Part shown: piece after piece, positions 36,201 through 50,129 of the stretch
Layout: each line of letters starts with the position of its first letter
How positions within the stretch are numbered: the first letter of the stretch is position 1
Source of the DNA: Octopus sinensis
Taxonomy: Eukaryota
Assembly: GCF_006345805.1 (NCBI RefSeq)
Contig: NC_042997.1
Location: 204,910,001 to 204,974,000 of the forward strand
Length of the DNA: 64,000 nucleotides
Reading direction: 5' to 3'
Made by a program: the position numbers and the translations under genes
Notes under the pieces: generated by a model
The model's input: the letters and a program-made list of their open reading frames with translations, nothing else
Databases searched by the model: none
Told to the model about the DNA's origin: nothing

Positions 36201-36519
36201 AAGATTAGAGGAACGCCAGCCTTCACAGCGGCTGTACATGTTCCTCGCTGCTCTGACAAGCCATAGAAACACTAATATGACCCAGTTTAGCAACGGGGAA
36301 AAATAACTCTCAAAGACTGGAATATCTACAATATCTTGTGAGTATTTAAAATTCTGTTCAAAATAAGTCAAGAAATTTACAAATTTACATATCTACAGTT
36401 TTCAAACACACAATTGATCAGCTTTAAAATCTTTAATACCCACAATTGCCTCTGTAAACATCCATTTTTTTTCCTTCTTTCTAAAAACATCACGCTTTTC
36501 TTTGTGTGGATTTACAAAA

Positions 36520-36700
36520 GACTACCTTTGGTGAACTTTATAACTTTCTACGGCCGCTACTACTACTGCTGCTGCTACCACTGCTGCTGCTGTCACTACT
36601 ACTACTATTGCTACCTCTGCTGCTGCTGCTACCAATACTACTGCTGCCACTGCTACTACTACTATTGCTACCATTGCTGCTGCTATAACTACTGGGGCTG
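36520..36700. repeat. (CTA)n/(CTG)n trinucleotide mosaic
   Basis: Directly visible. Confidence 0.9.
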
Positions 36701-36709
36701 CCTGTCTGT

Positions 36710-36940
36710 CTGATGTCTGTCTGTCTTTGTTTGTCCTCTCTGTGTTTAGCCCCTTGTGGGTAGTGAAGAAATAGGTATTTCGTGTGTCTTGACGTTCTGA
36801 GTTCAAATTCCGCCGCGATCAACTTTGCCTTTCACCCTTTCGGGGTCGATAAATTAAGTACCAGTTGCGTATTGGAGTCGATATAATGGACTGGCCCTTC
36901 CCTAAGAATTTCGGGCCTTGTACCTAGAGTAGAGAAGGAT
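36710..36940 (+). mobile_element. SINE monomer corresponding to one repeat unit of the 9902-10652 multimer
   Basis: TTTGTTTGTCCTCTCTGTG..AAATAGGTATTTC-GTGTGTCTTGACGTTCTGAGTTCAAATTCC..CCTTCGGGGTCGAT..GTAGAGAAGGAT. Confidence 0.75.
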
Positions 36941-36959
36941 ACTTCTTTGCAGATTATGT

Positions 36960-37215
36960 TCTTCGTGTAAGTTATCGCTCATCTCTTCCTTTCTTTGTCA
37001 GTGTTGATAGCTTTAAGTCACGCATCGGATAATTTGCCAGCCCTTGAGAATGCAACATGTTGCTGAGCATGGCCGAATACAGGTTCAGGCAAGAACAGCC
37101 CCCACTCGATCAAATGTCTGCCCTTGTGATTTGTGGATAGCCACTGCATAAGACAGGCCAAGGGGAAACTGGTTTCTTTCGGAAGTGAATGGCAAGTTTG
37201 GGATGTGTTAAGTAA
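36960..37215 (-). mobile_element. Helitron helicase C-terminal remnant
   Basis: Minus translation NLPFTSERNQFPLGLSYAVAIHKSQGQTFDRVG/LFLPEPVFGHAQQHVAFSR; not present in the ORF track. Confidence 0.85.
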
Positions 37216-39017
37216 TAGGTGATAATAAAAGATTTAGTTCAATTCATGTACTCACCATCGCCACCCCCACCACCAGCTCTAGCACCAACAACAGTAACAG
37301 CACCTCTCCTCCTCTCTCTCTCGCTGTGCCTTTCTTTAACATCACCCCTCTGCTAAAATTATATTTCTAACTCTCCTCTATATCACTACCTTCAACTAAC
37401 TTTTTAGCCACGTAATAAACATTACGTTCCCCCTACTATAATGTCATGGAAGCTTCTTTCTTCGTCTGTTCTCTGTTCTTTTTTTCTTTCTCTCTCGTTC
37501 TACCTCACTGTTCGCCTTATCTTCTCTTTCTCTCTCCCTCTTTTTTTCTCTGATCACGTGAAAACGTTACCGACGGGCTAAGTAACGTAACGACAAGTAG
37601 GAATGATGATTAATCTATAACTACAATGTCCATATAGAGAATAAGGTAGACCGAGTTTAATTTTAACAAAACCAAGGCAACAGACATTTATCATCAATCC
37701 AAAATCTCTTCGAATACCGCATCATCTTTCTTTTGTAACTCACAGCCTTCCATCATTGACATCCAGGAACATTCACAGAAGTTGCACAAATCTACCGCCG
37801 CATATCATTCACTTTCAGTTGATGTAAGTCGATTCTTTCATGTGAATTTCAGGGTTCAAACGAATACAATTGCTATTCTGGAAAAAGAAACCAACAAAAT
37901 AAACAACTATGCAAAAAATTTGATAGTCGTGGGCAGTTATAGTTATCAAGGGGAATAACTCGTTGACAGTATGTCCCAGTTTTCCCCCCTGAATTGCTAT
38001 TTTTTTGACGACGAATTGTCAATGAGACGGAGGTTTCGGATAACTAAAGATAAACAAATAGTATTAATGATTTCTAATTTAGGAATAAGGCCAGCAATTT
38101 TGAAGTGAGGCGGTGAGATGATTCCATCGACCTTAGTACGACACGGTATTCCCAAAAGAGGAAAAGCAAAGTTGGTCTCCGTTGGATTTCAACTCGAAAT
38201 GTAAATAGCTGCGAGAAATGTCGCAAGGCCATTCATGAAGAGGCTTTTACGATTCTGTTAATACTGGGAGTTAGGAAGAAGCAATGGCTGAAATAATGTA
38301 AGGGGATCATAGAGGGAGGAAAAGCTGGAAGGTGTGAAGCAGTATGAGGTGGCTATGCATGCATGCATGCATGCATGCATACATACATACATACATACAT
38401 ACATACAACATACATACAAACACACATACATACATACACACACACACACATCTACATACATACATCCATCCACCATCCATCCATCCATCCATCCATCCAT
38501 CCATCCATCCATCCTACATACATACATACATACATACATACATACATACATACATACATACATACATACATAACAGCCGCAACAACATGAACAACGGCCA
38601 AAACAACCAGCGCCGCCACCATTATGATGGTAGCATGAACGAACAGAGAAACCGAAAAAGGTACAAAAACCGGGGCCTCTGCTCCATCGCCTCAATACTC
38701 AAGATATCAGCTTCTCTCAAGACCTGGGTGTCTGCAGTCTTTAAGGTCCAGCCAACACATCTCTGATGGAAGCGTCCAAGGACTTTTACATGATGTTTGT
38801 AAAGGGCCCATGTCTCACATGAGTAAAGGAGCGATGTCAGTACACGAGGGACCAGACACGAGGCTGAAGGGACCGGAAGGAATCAGTTGCTCTCTGCAGC
38901 CTGAAAGGTGTTTCCTCATCCACGGAACAAGAACGACTGAGTGTGCTGCTATATATGTATATATATGTACGTATATATCTATTGATCTTACATGGACCGA
39001 CGTGTGTAAACTGATAC

Positions 39018-39110
<93 letters not shown>

Positions 39111-39299
39111 CGGACGTGCTGTCACTTCGGCTCCGAAGGTAATCGTTTATTTTGACTATTTATAGCCCATATTTTGTGTACATTTTTGGAAATAAGGTGT
39201 GTAAGGCACCCAACTTTCGTTTGAGTGCTTTTCCAAGGGAGGAATTTGCCCCTAGGGGCAGTTTCAACCCTATTTAATTTGTGTAATTTTCTTCTCGAC

Positions 39300-42200
39300 A
39301 TTAAAAATGTGGAGAAATTTTATTGTAGAACGCTGGTCGCGTTCCTTTATAGACCAGCATTTTCCTAGTCTGGGAACGCTAGGAGAAGAAAAAAAGAACT
39401 TATGCACGCAAAGTGCAAACCTGAATGACGTGGTAGTGAACGCTTCAACCACTTGCGGTAACAGCCCTGTCACCACCACCACCACCACTAACAACAACAA
39501 CAACGAGACTACTACTCTACCACCACCACCACTACCACCACGACCAACATAAATGATAAAGATGAAACTCACGCGAATACTATTAAGAAAAGCAACAACA
39601 GCAACAATAAAAATGAACTATCTAATAGTGAAGATGTTAATATAAAAAAATCAACAACACCAGTAAATTTCGCTGACACTCTGGGTCAGAAGAAAGAAAT
39701 AGTAACATTTACAAATGAAGAGCTAATAGAAACGAGAGCTCTCTTTACAACACGTGGGCAAGATTTAGTGCTGCATACACCTCAACACATAAAGGAACAA
39801 ATAGAAAATAAGACCATTATATATAGAATTATAAGATAAAACAAAAAACGAAATGAACAGATTACAAAAACAGATATAAAAAAATGTTTAAAAATCATAA
39901 TGAAAAAAAAAAGAATATATAAACTGGGGTCCCCAGTTTAACACAGTAGTGGTCCGCTTCCCTAACCAGGAAGTGGCAAAAGCTCACTCTACCGAGTCTT
40001 TGGAAAATGATGATATCAAAATGGTACCTTATTGCAAAGGCCAGAGAGTGAGTAGAATTACTATTAAAAATGTACCCCCCGAGATCCCGAACAAATGGAT
40101 AACAAGGGCAATCTGTAACCATTTGAAAAAGATCAATATTTTAGAAACCGCCGTATACCTAAACGACAATTGGGGTGGAAAAACAATAGTAGTGACCATC
40201 CAGATTGAGGGGGCTTCTATCGAAAACCTACCCGATAGGATCCACCTAGAAAATGGGCAAAGCCTATATGTTGTGGCAGAAGGCAAAAAGCCTAGATGCT
40301 ACAACTGTGGCAGCTCAGAGCATTAATTGCCAAGTGCGCTCTGGCACAGAAAAAACAAGAAAGAACAAATCAGAAAACAAATAAAAAACCCTTGTTGCCA
40401 ACACCAACACCAACACACTCAATTGTGGAACAATGCCAAGAAGAAAAACAACAAACCAGCAAACAAACCCCAACAACATCACCAAGAAAAGAAACAGTAC
40501 CAACAAAATCGCCGTTGACGACGCAACCAATTCATCATGCTGAACCAAAAGATAGACCCACACCAACACCCAGGACGACAACTAAAAAGACAGAAAACAG
40601 TGACGAGAAGACAAATTCTACCCCTAACACCATAACAACACAAACACCACACAAAACATCAACAATTTCTACAAGCATACATATTAACACAAATGCTTTG
40701 CTTTTACCCCCTTCTGATACGTCGGACGACGAAAGTTTGACGGAATGGCAAATAGCCACAGGGGGTAAAAGGAAAAGATCAAAAAAGCCCACCAAACAAG
40801 GAAGTAAAGCAGGGAGATATTTAACTCCGGACAGTATCCCCCTAGACAATCAAAAAATCAATGAACCCGCAAAACCACACACACAACTAACTGCAATAGA
40901 CACAGACAATAAAATATTAATGGATTACATTGTATCCAACACGGACATCTGTGAAGATGACTTTAAGACAAACAATCATCCGCGCACCACACCACCGAAG
41001 CACATAAAAATTGTACACATAACGCAAACACAACACCATACACTGAAAACAATATTTCCAAATGCGGTAGGCGGGTTTCAACGATACCTCTCCAAAAAAA
41101 CTATACAAACACCTCATCAAAGACACTACAAAAGAAGAAGAAAAAAATGAAACTTTCGAAATGAGTAAGTGACCTTCCCTCTTGCCTCTTTCTCTTCCAA
41201 TGTTTGTGTGTGAAACACAATTTTCGTAAACGTCAATTATGCTTAAATTAGGTTGTGTGAATGCGCGTGGCTTGGCGTCGGCTTGGAAGCAAGGTTACCT
41301 TCTAAACGACATCAAGTCACTGAACGTGGATATAGTAGCTATCAGTGAAACCAGACTCAGCAAGCCGCGGGCCCTTTTTGACATTTATTTTTCTCCCTGT
41401 CTGCCGAACATGGGTGGTAGAGGTACCGCGGTGCTTTTTCGAAAGAGTCTAAATGTAAAAGTAAGAGCAATATTCCTAGACTCGGAGGGTAGGCTGGTTG
41501 TCTTGGACGTGGATGGCAGAAATGGGTGTGCATTCCGTCTGATGGCAGTTTATGCACCGTCCTTAACGGGTCGGGCGGATTTCTTCAGGCGTCTAGAGGT
41601 TTTACTGGGTACGTCTAGACCTTTACTGTTAGTAGGGGATTGGAACGCTACCTTGGACACGCATCTAGAATATGTGGGAATGGATAGGAATAGAAGGAGG
41701 TGTAAGTGCCTCAAAGACCTACTCAGACGTTTCCATTTGTCTGACAGGTTCCGACTCGACCATCCGAACGTGCCAACGTGGACTTGGACAAACCGCGTCG
41801 GATCGTCGAGATCTTATCTAGATAGAATTCTATGCAGGACAGCGGATAGGGATAGTGTAGGATGTCCACAATTTAAAATAGTCAGCTACACAGATCACAA
41901 ATTTGTGACGTGTACGCTCGACTTAGATAAAACACATAGACAGGGTCCCGGTTACTGGAAACTAAACACGTCGCCCTTAGCGCGACAGGTTTACAGGAAC
42001 CGGATTAGCGAGTTAATTAAGAGGGCGCTGACGGGAGCCGTCGTTAACAATCGCTGGTGGTACGCCCTGAAAATGGCAATAAAATCGGAATCAATTAGGT
42101 TTAGCAAAGAATTAGCGATAGATCGAAATAGAGTAGAGGGAGATCTAGTTAAGAAACTAGAAGAGGCACTTACCACTGGCGGCGCAACCAACATGCTGGC

Positions 42201-42678
42201 TGCGAGGATGGCCCTCGACCAACACCTCAACGCCAAGCACGAAGGTTGCGTCGTCAGAGCTAAAATGCGTGCCTTAAGGAACGAAGGGATCGAAGCTGCG
42301 CGAGAGGCCCGGGTAGCGGAGGCGCAGCGTGGCAACAGAGCCACCATTCGGTCTCTAATAGATCAACAGGGATGCAGTTTACTCGAACCCGAAAGAATGT
42401 GTGAGGCCTTTCAACAGCACTTTGCTCGACTGTTTGGTACGAGTGGTGGGTCGGAACGCGGGATGGATTTCAGTGCCTACCTGACCGACCTGCCGCGGCT
42501 CTCGGCAAGAGAAGCGAAGTGTTGTGAAAGTCCCATCACAGCCGCTGACGTGCGGGATGCGATGGCGGGCTGCGCGAGGGATAAGTCGCCTGGATTGGAT
42601 GGTTTACCCTACGAGCTGTATTGTCAAATGCCAGACTTGTTTGGCGACCTCTTGTCTACTGCAACTGGCAACAAAACG
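39300..42678 (+). mobile_element. Tx1-like (L1 clade) LINE A: ORF1 + APE endonuclease + start of RT, 3'-truncated
   Basis: ORF1 pieces with PRCYNCGSSEH zinc knuckle and a T/P-rich tail; ORF2 41239 MLKLGCVNARGL..ISETRL..GDWNA..SYLDRI..TDHKFV..WKLN..KSPGLDGLPYELY; ends at YCNWQQN. Confidence 0.85.
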
Positions 42679-45600
42679 TACTGGTGGTTTTTCAGAATGA
42701 AGAGTTGGCAAAGCAATTCTCAACGCTAATCCTTCATTCCGATGAACTAACGATGACACCCAGTTACCTTGGCCAGAAGGTGACGAAGGTCATTATCAAT
42801 AATGTCCCCCAAGTAACAACCACACTATGGATAACATCCGAAAGGGAGGACTTAAACATCCTGGATATCGCTGTTTCGAAACACAAGGACTGGCTGGGAA
42901 AGAGAATGGAGTTTCTCTTCCACATAAGCCAAGACGACATTAACAAAATTCCCACCCACGTACATCTTGCGGATGGCCGCAAGTTGTACGTAGTAGTCAA
43001 GAGCAGAAGGCCACGCTGCTATACATGTGGAAGTGAGGCACACCTCAAAAGGGAGTGCAAATCTGCCGCTAAATCTCAACAACAACAACAGCCACAGGAA
43101 AAACCACAAAAGCCAGCATTATTGCCCACACCACAATATGGACGGCTAATCAAGAAGCTGTATGCAGAAATGCATGTAAAACAGCAAAGAACAGGCCAAC
43201 CCAACCAAACAACACCACCACCAGCGCCAAGAACAGAATCATCACCACCAACAACAACTAAACCAATTCCAACACCGAGAATAACAACGAAGAAGACAGG
43301 CACCAAGGATGTAGGAGAGACAATCACCACACCGAACCCCCCAGCAACACCCTCCCCGCACACCACAACAATATCTACAACCGCACAAACAGACCCAGAC
43401 GCTTTACCCTTACCCCTGCTGATTCGTCAGACTTTTCATCTAACGATGAAAGTTCGACAGAATGGCAAATAGCCACCGGGGGAAAAAGAAAAAGATAAAA
43501 AAAGACCAAACAAGAAAACGCAACCAAAGCAAGGAGATACCTGAACCCTGAAAACTCCATACACAACCAAACAAGCACCAACACCACAAAAACACACACA
43601 ATGCTATCAGCGATAGACACCAAAGACTCCAAACTAATGGAGTACATCACAGCCCACACAAACATCTGTGAAGATGACTTCAAAACTAACAATCATCCAC
43701 GCACTACACCACCCAAACACATCCAAATACTACACATCACACAAACACAACACCACAATCTCAAAGCCCTCTTTCCAAATGCTGTTGGGGGTTTCCAAAA
43801 TTATATCTCTCAAAAACTCTATAAAACCTCCTCCAAGACACATCAAAGAACGAGGAAGCCAAAACTTTCGACACAAGTAAGTAACTCTCTGTACTTTCCT
43901 TTTTGTGTTTTAAAGCACACACCCCAATAGAATCATGGTCAAGATTGGTTGTGTGAATGCGCGTGGCTTGGGGTCTCCTTGGAAACAAGGATACCTCCTA
44001 AATGACATCAAGTCACACGATTTGGGAATCATTGCCATAAGTGAGACCAGACTCCACGAGCCACGGGCCCTAAAGTCCATGTTTGGCGGACAGTTTAACA
44101 TTTATTTTGCTCCCTGTCTGCCGAGGATGGGCGGTAGTGGCACCGCGGTACTTTTTCACAAGAGCCTGGATCTCGAAGTCGACGATATTCGTAGACCCGG
44201 AGGGTAGACTGGTCGTTCTGGATGTCGACGGCAGCAATGGGTGCGCTTTTCGACTCGTATCAGTCTACGCACCGCCTTTAACAGGTCGGCCGGATTTCTT
44301 TCGACGTCTAGAAGTATTCCTGGGAACGTCTCGTCCTTTACTTTTAGTGGGGGATTGGAATGCTACCTTGGACACACATCTAGACTATGTGGGGAAAGAC
44401 AAAAACAGAAGGGGATGCAAATGCCACAGAGACCTGCTCAGACGCTTCCAACTGTCTGACACCCAAATGCACCAACGTGGACATGGAGCAACCGCAGTGG
44501 GTCGTCGAGATCGTATCTAGATAGGATACTGCGTAGGACAGTAGACAAGGATAACTTAGGATGTCCACAATTCCACACAGTCAGCTACATGGATCACAAA
44601 TTCGTGACGTGTACGCTAGACTTAGATAAGGCACATAGACAGGGTCCTGGTTACTGGAAACTGAACGCATCATTCCCGTCCAGACAAGTTTTCAGAGACA
44701 GGATCAACACGTTAGTAAAAAGGGCTTTAACGAGAGCCATTGTCAACAACAAATGGTGGTTCGCCCTCAAGAGAGCAGTAAAAGCGGAAGCAATAAGATA
44801 TAGCAAGGTACTAGCCGTAGATAGAAATAGAGTAGAGGGTGAGTTAGTTAAGAAGTTAGAAGAGGCAATAAGAAGCGGCATCACACCCGACGTTTTGGCA
44901 GCAAGTTTGCTCTTGACCAACACTTCAACGCCAAACACGAAGGGTGTGCTGTCAGGGCTAGGATGCGTGCTCTAAGGATGGAAGGTGTTGGAGCCGCGAG
45001 GGAGGCCCGGGTGGCGGAGGCGCAGCAGGGCAACAAAGCCACCATTCGGTCTCTGGTAGATGAACAAGGGCGCGAATTGCTCGAGCCCAGCAAGATGTGC
45101 GAGACATTTCAGCGGCACTTTGCCCGACTGTACGGGACGAGTGGTGAGCGTGAACGCAGGGTGGACTTCAGTGCCTACTTGCACAGCCTACCACGACTCT
45201 CGGCAAGAGAGGCAGAGTGCTGCGAAGGTGCCATCACGGCGGCGGAAGTGCGGGACGCGATGGCAGAATGCTCGAGAGACAAATCGCCGGGTTTGGATGG
45301 TCTGCCCTAAGAGTTTTCCAATTGTATGCCAGACTTGTTTGGAGACGTCTTGGCAGCGGTATACTGCAACTGGCAGCAAAACGGGAGCATACCCGGTTTT
45401 GTGAGTCGAGGAGCTGTAACACTGCTGAAGAAAGATCCAAACAAGGGGAACATTATAGATAACTTTAGACCAATCACTCTGCTCAATGCAGACCTGAAAA
45501 TTTTGACAAAGGTGTTAGCCAAGAGGTTGGCGCTTGTCATCGAAAAACTGGTCAAAAACTGGTCGACAACGCACAAACGTGCGCCGTGCCGGGCCGGACC

Positions 45601-47720
45601 ATCCATGACAACCTCCATCTGATGCGCTACATCATAGACAGGGTAGTTAACGAACCTGGCATGGGTGGAGCCCTGATCAACTTGGATCAATCGAAAGCCT
45701 TCGATAGGGTAGACCATCGATACTTGGAGGCAGTCCTGAGAGCGGCTGGTTTCGGTCCCGTCTTCCGCGGCTGGATAGCCGCTTTGTACAGAGGCATCCG
45801 TTCGGTAATTCGCGTAAATGGACATCTATCGAGACCTTTCGACATTGCATGTTCGGTCCGTCAGGGATGCCCCCTCTCGGCGCTTCTATACGTATTGACT
45901 CTTGAGCCACTACTGCGGAAGCTGGCGACTCTGAGGGGCATCCCGCGAGAATTGGGATGCGGGACGAGCGTGTCTGCATACGCGGACGACGTCACCGTCA
46001 TAGTGTCAAGCCACGCGCACACCGAGCTGGTCGGCGAGACACTGAAAGACTACGAAGCGGTGACAGGAGCAAAAGTCAACCGGGAAAAGTCAGTGGGCTT
46101 GCGGCTCGGCACCTGGAGAAGCAAGCCCATGCCGTCCACCAATACCTCCGTCGTGGGACGCTGGACAGACGCTGGTTGAGTTGCTCGGGGTCTGGTTCGG
46201 TCCGGACTTCCAAATGGAGAAGAACTGGAACGAGATAACGAGTAGGGTGGTCACTCTCGCCCAGCAATGGGCCGAGAGGAAACTGTCCCTAAAAGGTCGG
46301 GCGGAGGCGGCGAACACGTACATCGCGTCCATCATCTACTACCGCCTGACCGTCGTACCTTGTCCCGACCCCACCATCACCAAACTAGAACGCATTCTCT
46401 TCCGCTTCTTGTGGAAAGGATGCGTCCCGGTGGTCAGGCGATCCATTTGCTGTCAACACCCGTTAAAAGGAGGGCTGGGCATGCCGTGGTTGATGATGCG
46501 CAGACAGGCGACATCTCCGGCTCTATGTAGACGACGTGAACAGGTGTGGTCGCCGTTTGTGAGGCACGCATTCCCGCAACTCGTCTCCATGACCGAACTG
46601 CAGTCGTGGATCAAAAAGAGGCCGAGGAAGGGCGAATGGCACCGCGAGTGTCGCGTTGCTCTCAAGCAACTCTGCCGTCCCGGGTCGACCTTGAGTGACT
46701 TCAACACAACCAAAGCATTCTATAGGGGATTAGTGGAGGGGAGGTACGACGACGATCTCGGGGCAAACCTGGGCGTCGACGAGGAATACCTGACCCGCCT
46801 GTTTCAAACGACTTTCGGCCCGGGACCTATGGACAACTTCCAGAGATCCCTGGCCTGGCGGTGCTACCCAGAAGCGCTACCCGTTCGCGATAAGCTCTAT
46901 AGGCATGGCTCGAGAAACACGGGGCCGACCTGCCCGAGATGCGGTCAGAGCGACGAAACCGCTCTGCACGCAATCGTCCGGTGTCCAGCAATTTCCGACC
47001 TGTGGGCTTATGTCGAACGACTGCTGTCACGTGTGGGACGTGTCGGTTTATCAGCCGAGTCTATCGTTAATATCGTCACGCCTCCTTCCTTCAAACAGGA
47101 AGGAAGAGTTATTTTTATCATACTTGTGGCTATGGCAAAAGAATGTATCTGGTGGACGCGCCTGAAAGGATTAGAGACAAACACTTTCCTCTCTGGTCAA
47201 TCTCTCATCAACTTCTTCAAGTATCACTTGAAGAGGAAAGTGAGAGTAGAGAGGCAAGTTTTGTCTAGTGAATGTTTTAAAAAAAGATGGGTGAATGTAG
47301 CAAGGATGGCACGTATGAATGACGAAGCCACCTTGACTATGATTCTATGAACCATAAAAATTAATACAGAGAGTTGCTTATTTGCAAAAAAAAAAAAAAG
47401 AAATATAACATGTGACTTCATTGACCGAGGTTACCGTGGACTTTTCCGTAGGCTTTTCTTTCCACGGGTAAACCTCACCTGTCCTCCCCTTTACACTTCA
47501 TATTGACATTTCTGTGATAACGATCCCTATTGATCATTTTTTTCCTCTACCCCCTTTTTTTTAACCCCCCCTTTTTTTGTCCTCTTTCTCTCCTTTTACG
47601 ATCCCTTTTGATCGAAACTCCCCCCTCCTTTTTTTTTTTTAACCTTCAAAAGAAAAGCTCTACCTTGTAATTTGTTCTATCTGTGTGCAGCCCTGTGTGG
47701 CTAATAAAGAAACATATCTA
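42679..47720 (+). mobile_element. Tx1-like LINE B: partial ORF1 + complete but disrupted ORF2 + 3' UTR
   Basis: PRCYTCGSEAHLKREC knuckle; APE; FRPITLLNADLKIL, LDQSKAFDRVDH, VRQGCPLSALLY, AYADDV, CPRCGQSDETALHAIVRC; several stops and frameshifts; AATAAA at 47703 then (TA)n. Confidence 0.9.
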
Positions 47721-48079
47721 TATATATATATATATCTATTTATCTGTGCTGTGTGTGTGTGTGTGTGTGATTTATTATATGCTGCTAGGGACACGTATAG
47801 TAATATGAACGTGTGTATCTGCGTATATATGTATGTTCGCATACATATATATACAATGTGTGCCTATATTTATATGTGTGTGCCGTTTCTTTTTGCACAT
47901 GTAGAACCAACACATCCCTCCAAATTTTTATGGTTTTACTCATCTCTGTCTCTGCTCAGTTATCTCCCCTACACTCTGGCCTCTCGAACGTCCTTTTGAA
48001 ATTCACTCTTTCATCTTTTTAAACACCGCAATTACTTTAATTACTTTAATTGTAATAGTAATAATTGCTTCTCTGTTTT

Positions 48080-48345
48080 TAAACTGAAAGCCGCTCATCG
48101 TATGTGTGTATGTATGTATCAACGTGTGTCTGCTTTGTGTCCGTGTGTGTTCCCTACAATCGCTTGACAACCGATGTTGGCGTGTTTACGTCCCTGTTAC
48201 ATTAGCGCTTCGGCGAAAGAGACCAATTGAAAAAGTATTAGGATTACAAAAAATAAGTCTGGGGGTCAATTTCTTCAAATAAACCCCTTTTAAGTCGGTA
48301 CTCAAATGTGGCTGCAGTCAAATGTCTGACAACAGTCAGAGAATA
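48080..48345 (+). mobile_element. SINE 3' half (family of 22860-23318)
   Basis: CAATCGCTTGACAACCGATGTTGGCGTGTTTACGTCCC..GCTGCAGTCAAATGTCTGA. Confidence 0.75.
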
Positions 48346-48348
48346 AAA

Positions 48349-48414
<66 letters not shown>

Positions 48415-48438
48415 CACACCACACCAACAACAAACACA

Positions 48439-48469
<31 letters not shown>

Positions 48470-48655
48470 ACAAACAACACACACACACACACACAACACA
48501 CCACAAACAAAACACACCACACACAAACACACACACACACAACAAACACAACAAACAAACAAACACACACACCACACACACAAACACAACACACACACAA
48601 ACACCACACACACACAACCACACCACACACATACACACAAGCAAACACACACACA

Positions 48656-48686
<31 letters not shown>

Positions 48687-49473
48687 CAACACACACACAC
48701 AAAACACACACCACACACAAACACACACACACACACACACATACACACACCACACAAAACACACACACACATACACACACACACATACACCACACACAAA
48801 CACAACACACACAACACACCCACACAAAACACACACAACACCACAAACACACACAAACACACACACACACACCCAAACACACACAACACACACACACACA
48901 AAACCCACACACATACACACACACACAAACACACCACACAAAACACACACACACAAACCACACACAAACACATACACCACACAAACCACACACACACAAA
49001 CACACACACACACACACCCCCACACACACAAACACCCACACCACACAAAACACACACACACATACACAACACACAAACACACACACACCATACACACACA
49101 AACACACACACCACAAACACACACACAAACACACATACACACACACACACACATCCACACTACACACACACACACACACCACAACACAAAAACACACACA
49201 CACACAAACACACACACAAACATACACACACACAACACACACATACACACACCACACACACCATACACAACACCACAAACACACACACAACACACCACAC
49301 AAAACACACACACATACACCATACCACAAACACACACACCAACACACACACACAAACACACACACACACAAACACACAACACACACACACAAAACACACA
49401 CATACCCACACACACAATACACACACACCAACCAACACCACACACAAACAACACACTCAAACCACAAACACAA

Positions 49474-49515
<42 letters not shown>
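48345..49515. repeat. ~1.2-kb imperfect (CA)n/(CAA)/(CAC) tract
   Basis: Directly visible; source of the 282-421 aa CV-rich ORFs. Confidence 0.95.
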
Positions 49516-49517
<2 letters not shown>

Positions 49518-49814
49518 ACTATGAGGACATTTAGACCTCATGTAAGGATATTTTTATCCAAGACACACTGGTTTAATAGACTGAATTTTGCAGAGATATT
49601 TCCTCAATGAATATATTATATAAAATATCATAAAACATCAAAAATTATTATCAAATTTGAAAACGGAAAAATCCAATGGACACAAACTTATTAATTAATT
49701 AATTAACCTCTTCACCTACAATTGTTTCATTTCGCATCCAAATTAAATTACAAAACATATATAATATATAAACTTGAAAGGTTATATATTTATATATGTA
49801 ATTTGTATCCATAT

Positions 49815-49845
<31 letters not shown>

Positions 49846-50129
49846 AGATTCTTCACTGTGTGGCATATTTTGCGAACGTATCAGTCGGTAGAGATAATAA
49901 TTAGAAGGAGATAAGGTGATAGTGAATGGATTTAGTTGCATCAGATACATGGGAGGTCTTAATAAGATTGTTGATTCTCTTTAGCTTCAGATTAAGCTGG
50001 TCTTTCATAAGAGACATTCCTCCCGTGACTATCCCATACATTTCCTGTGTACAGAGAATCCAGCATCATAATTTCTGATGTATTAACTTTAGGTTGGCTG
50101 AGTTTGATATCAGGGAACATTCTCGGCTA

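Noticed and set aside
48244-49541. 282-421 aa Cys/Val-rich ORFs resembling metallothionein- or keratin-associated proteins
   Set aside because: They lie entirely within the CA tract and are open in all minus frames simply because (TG)n lacks stops.
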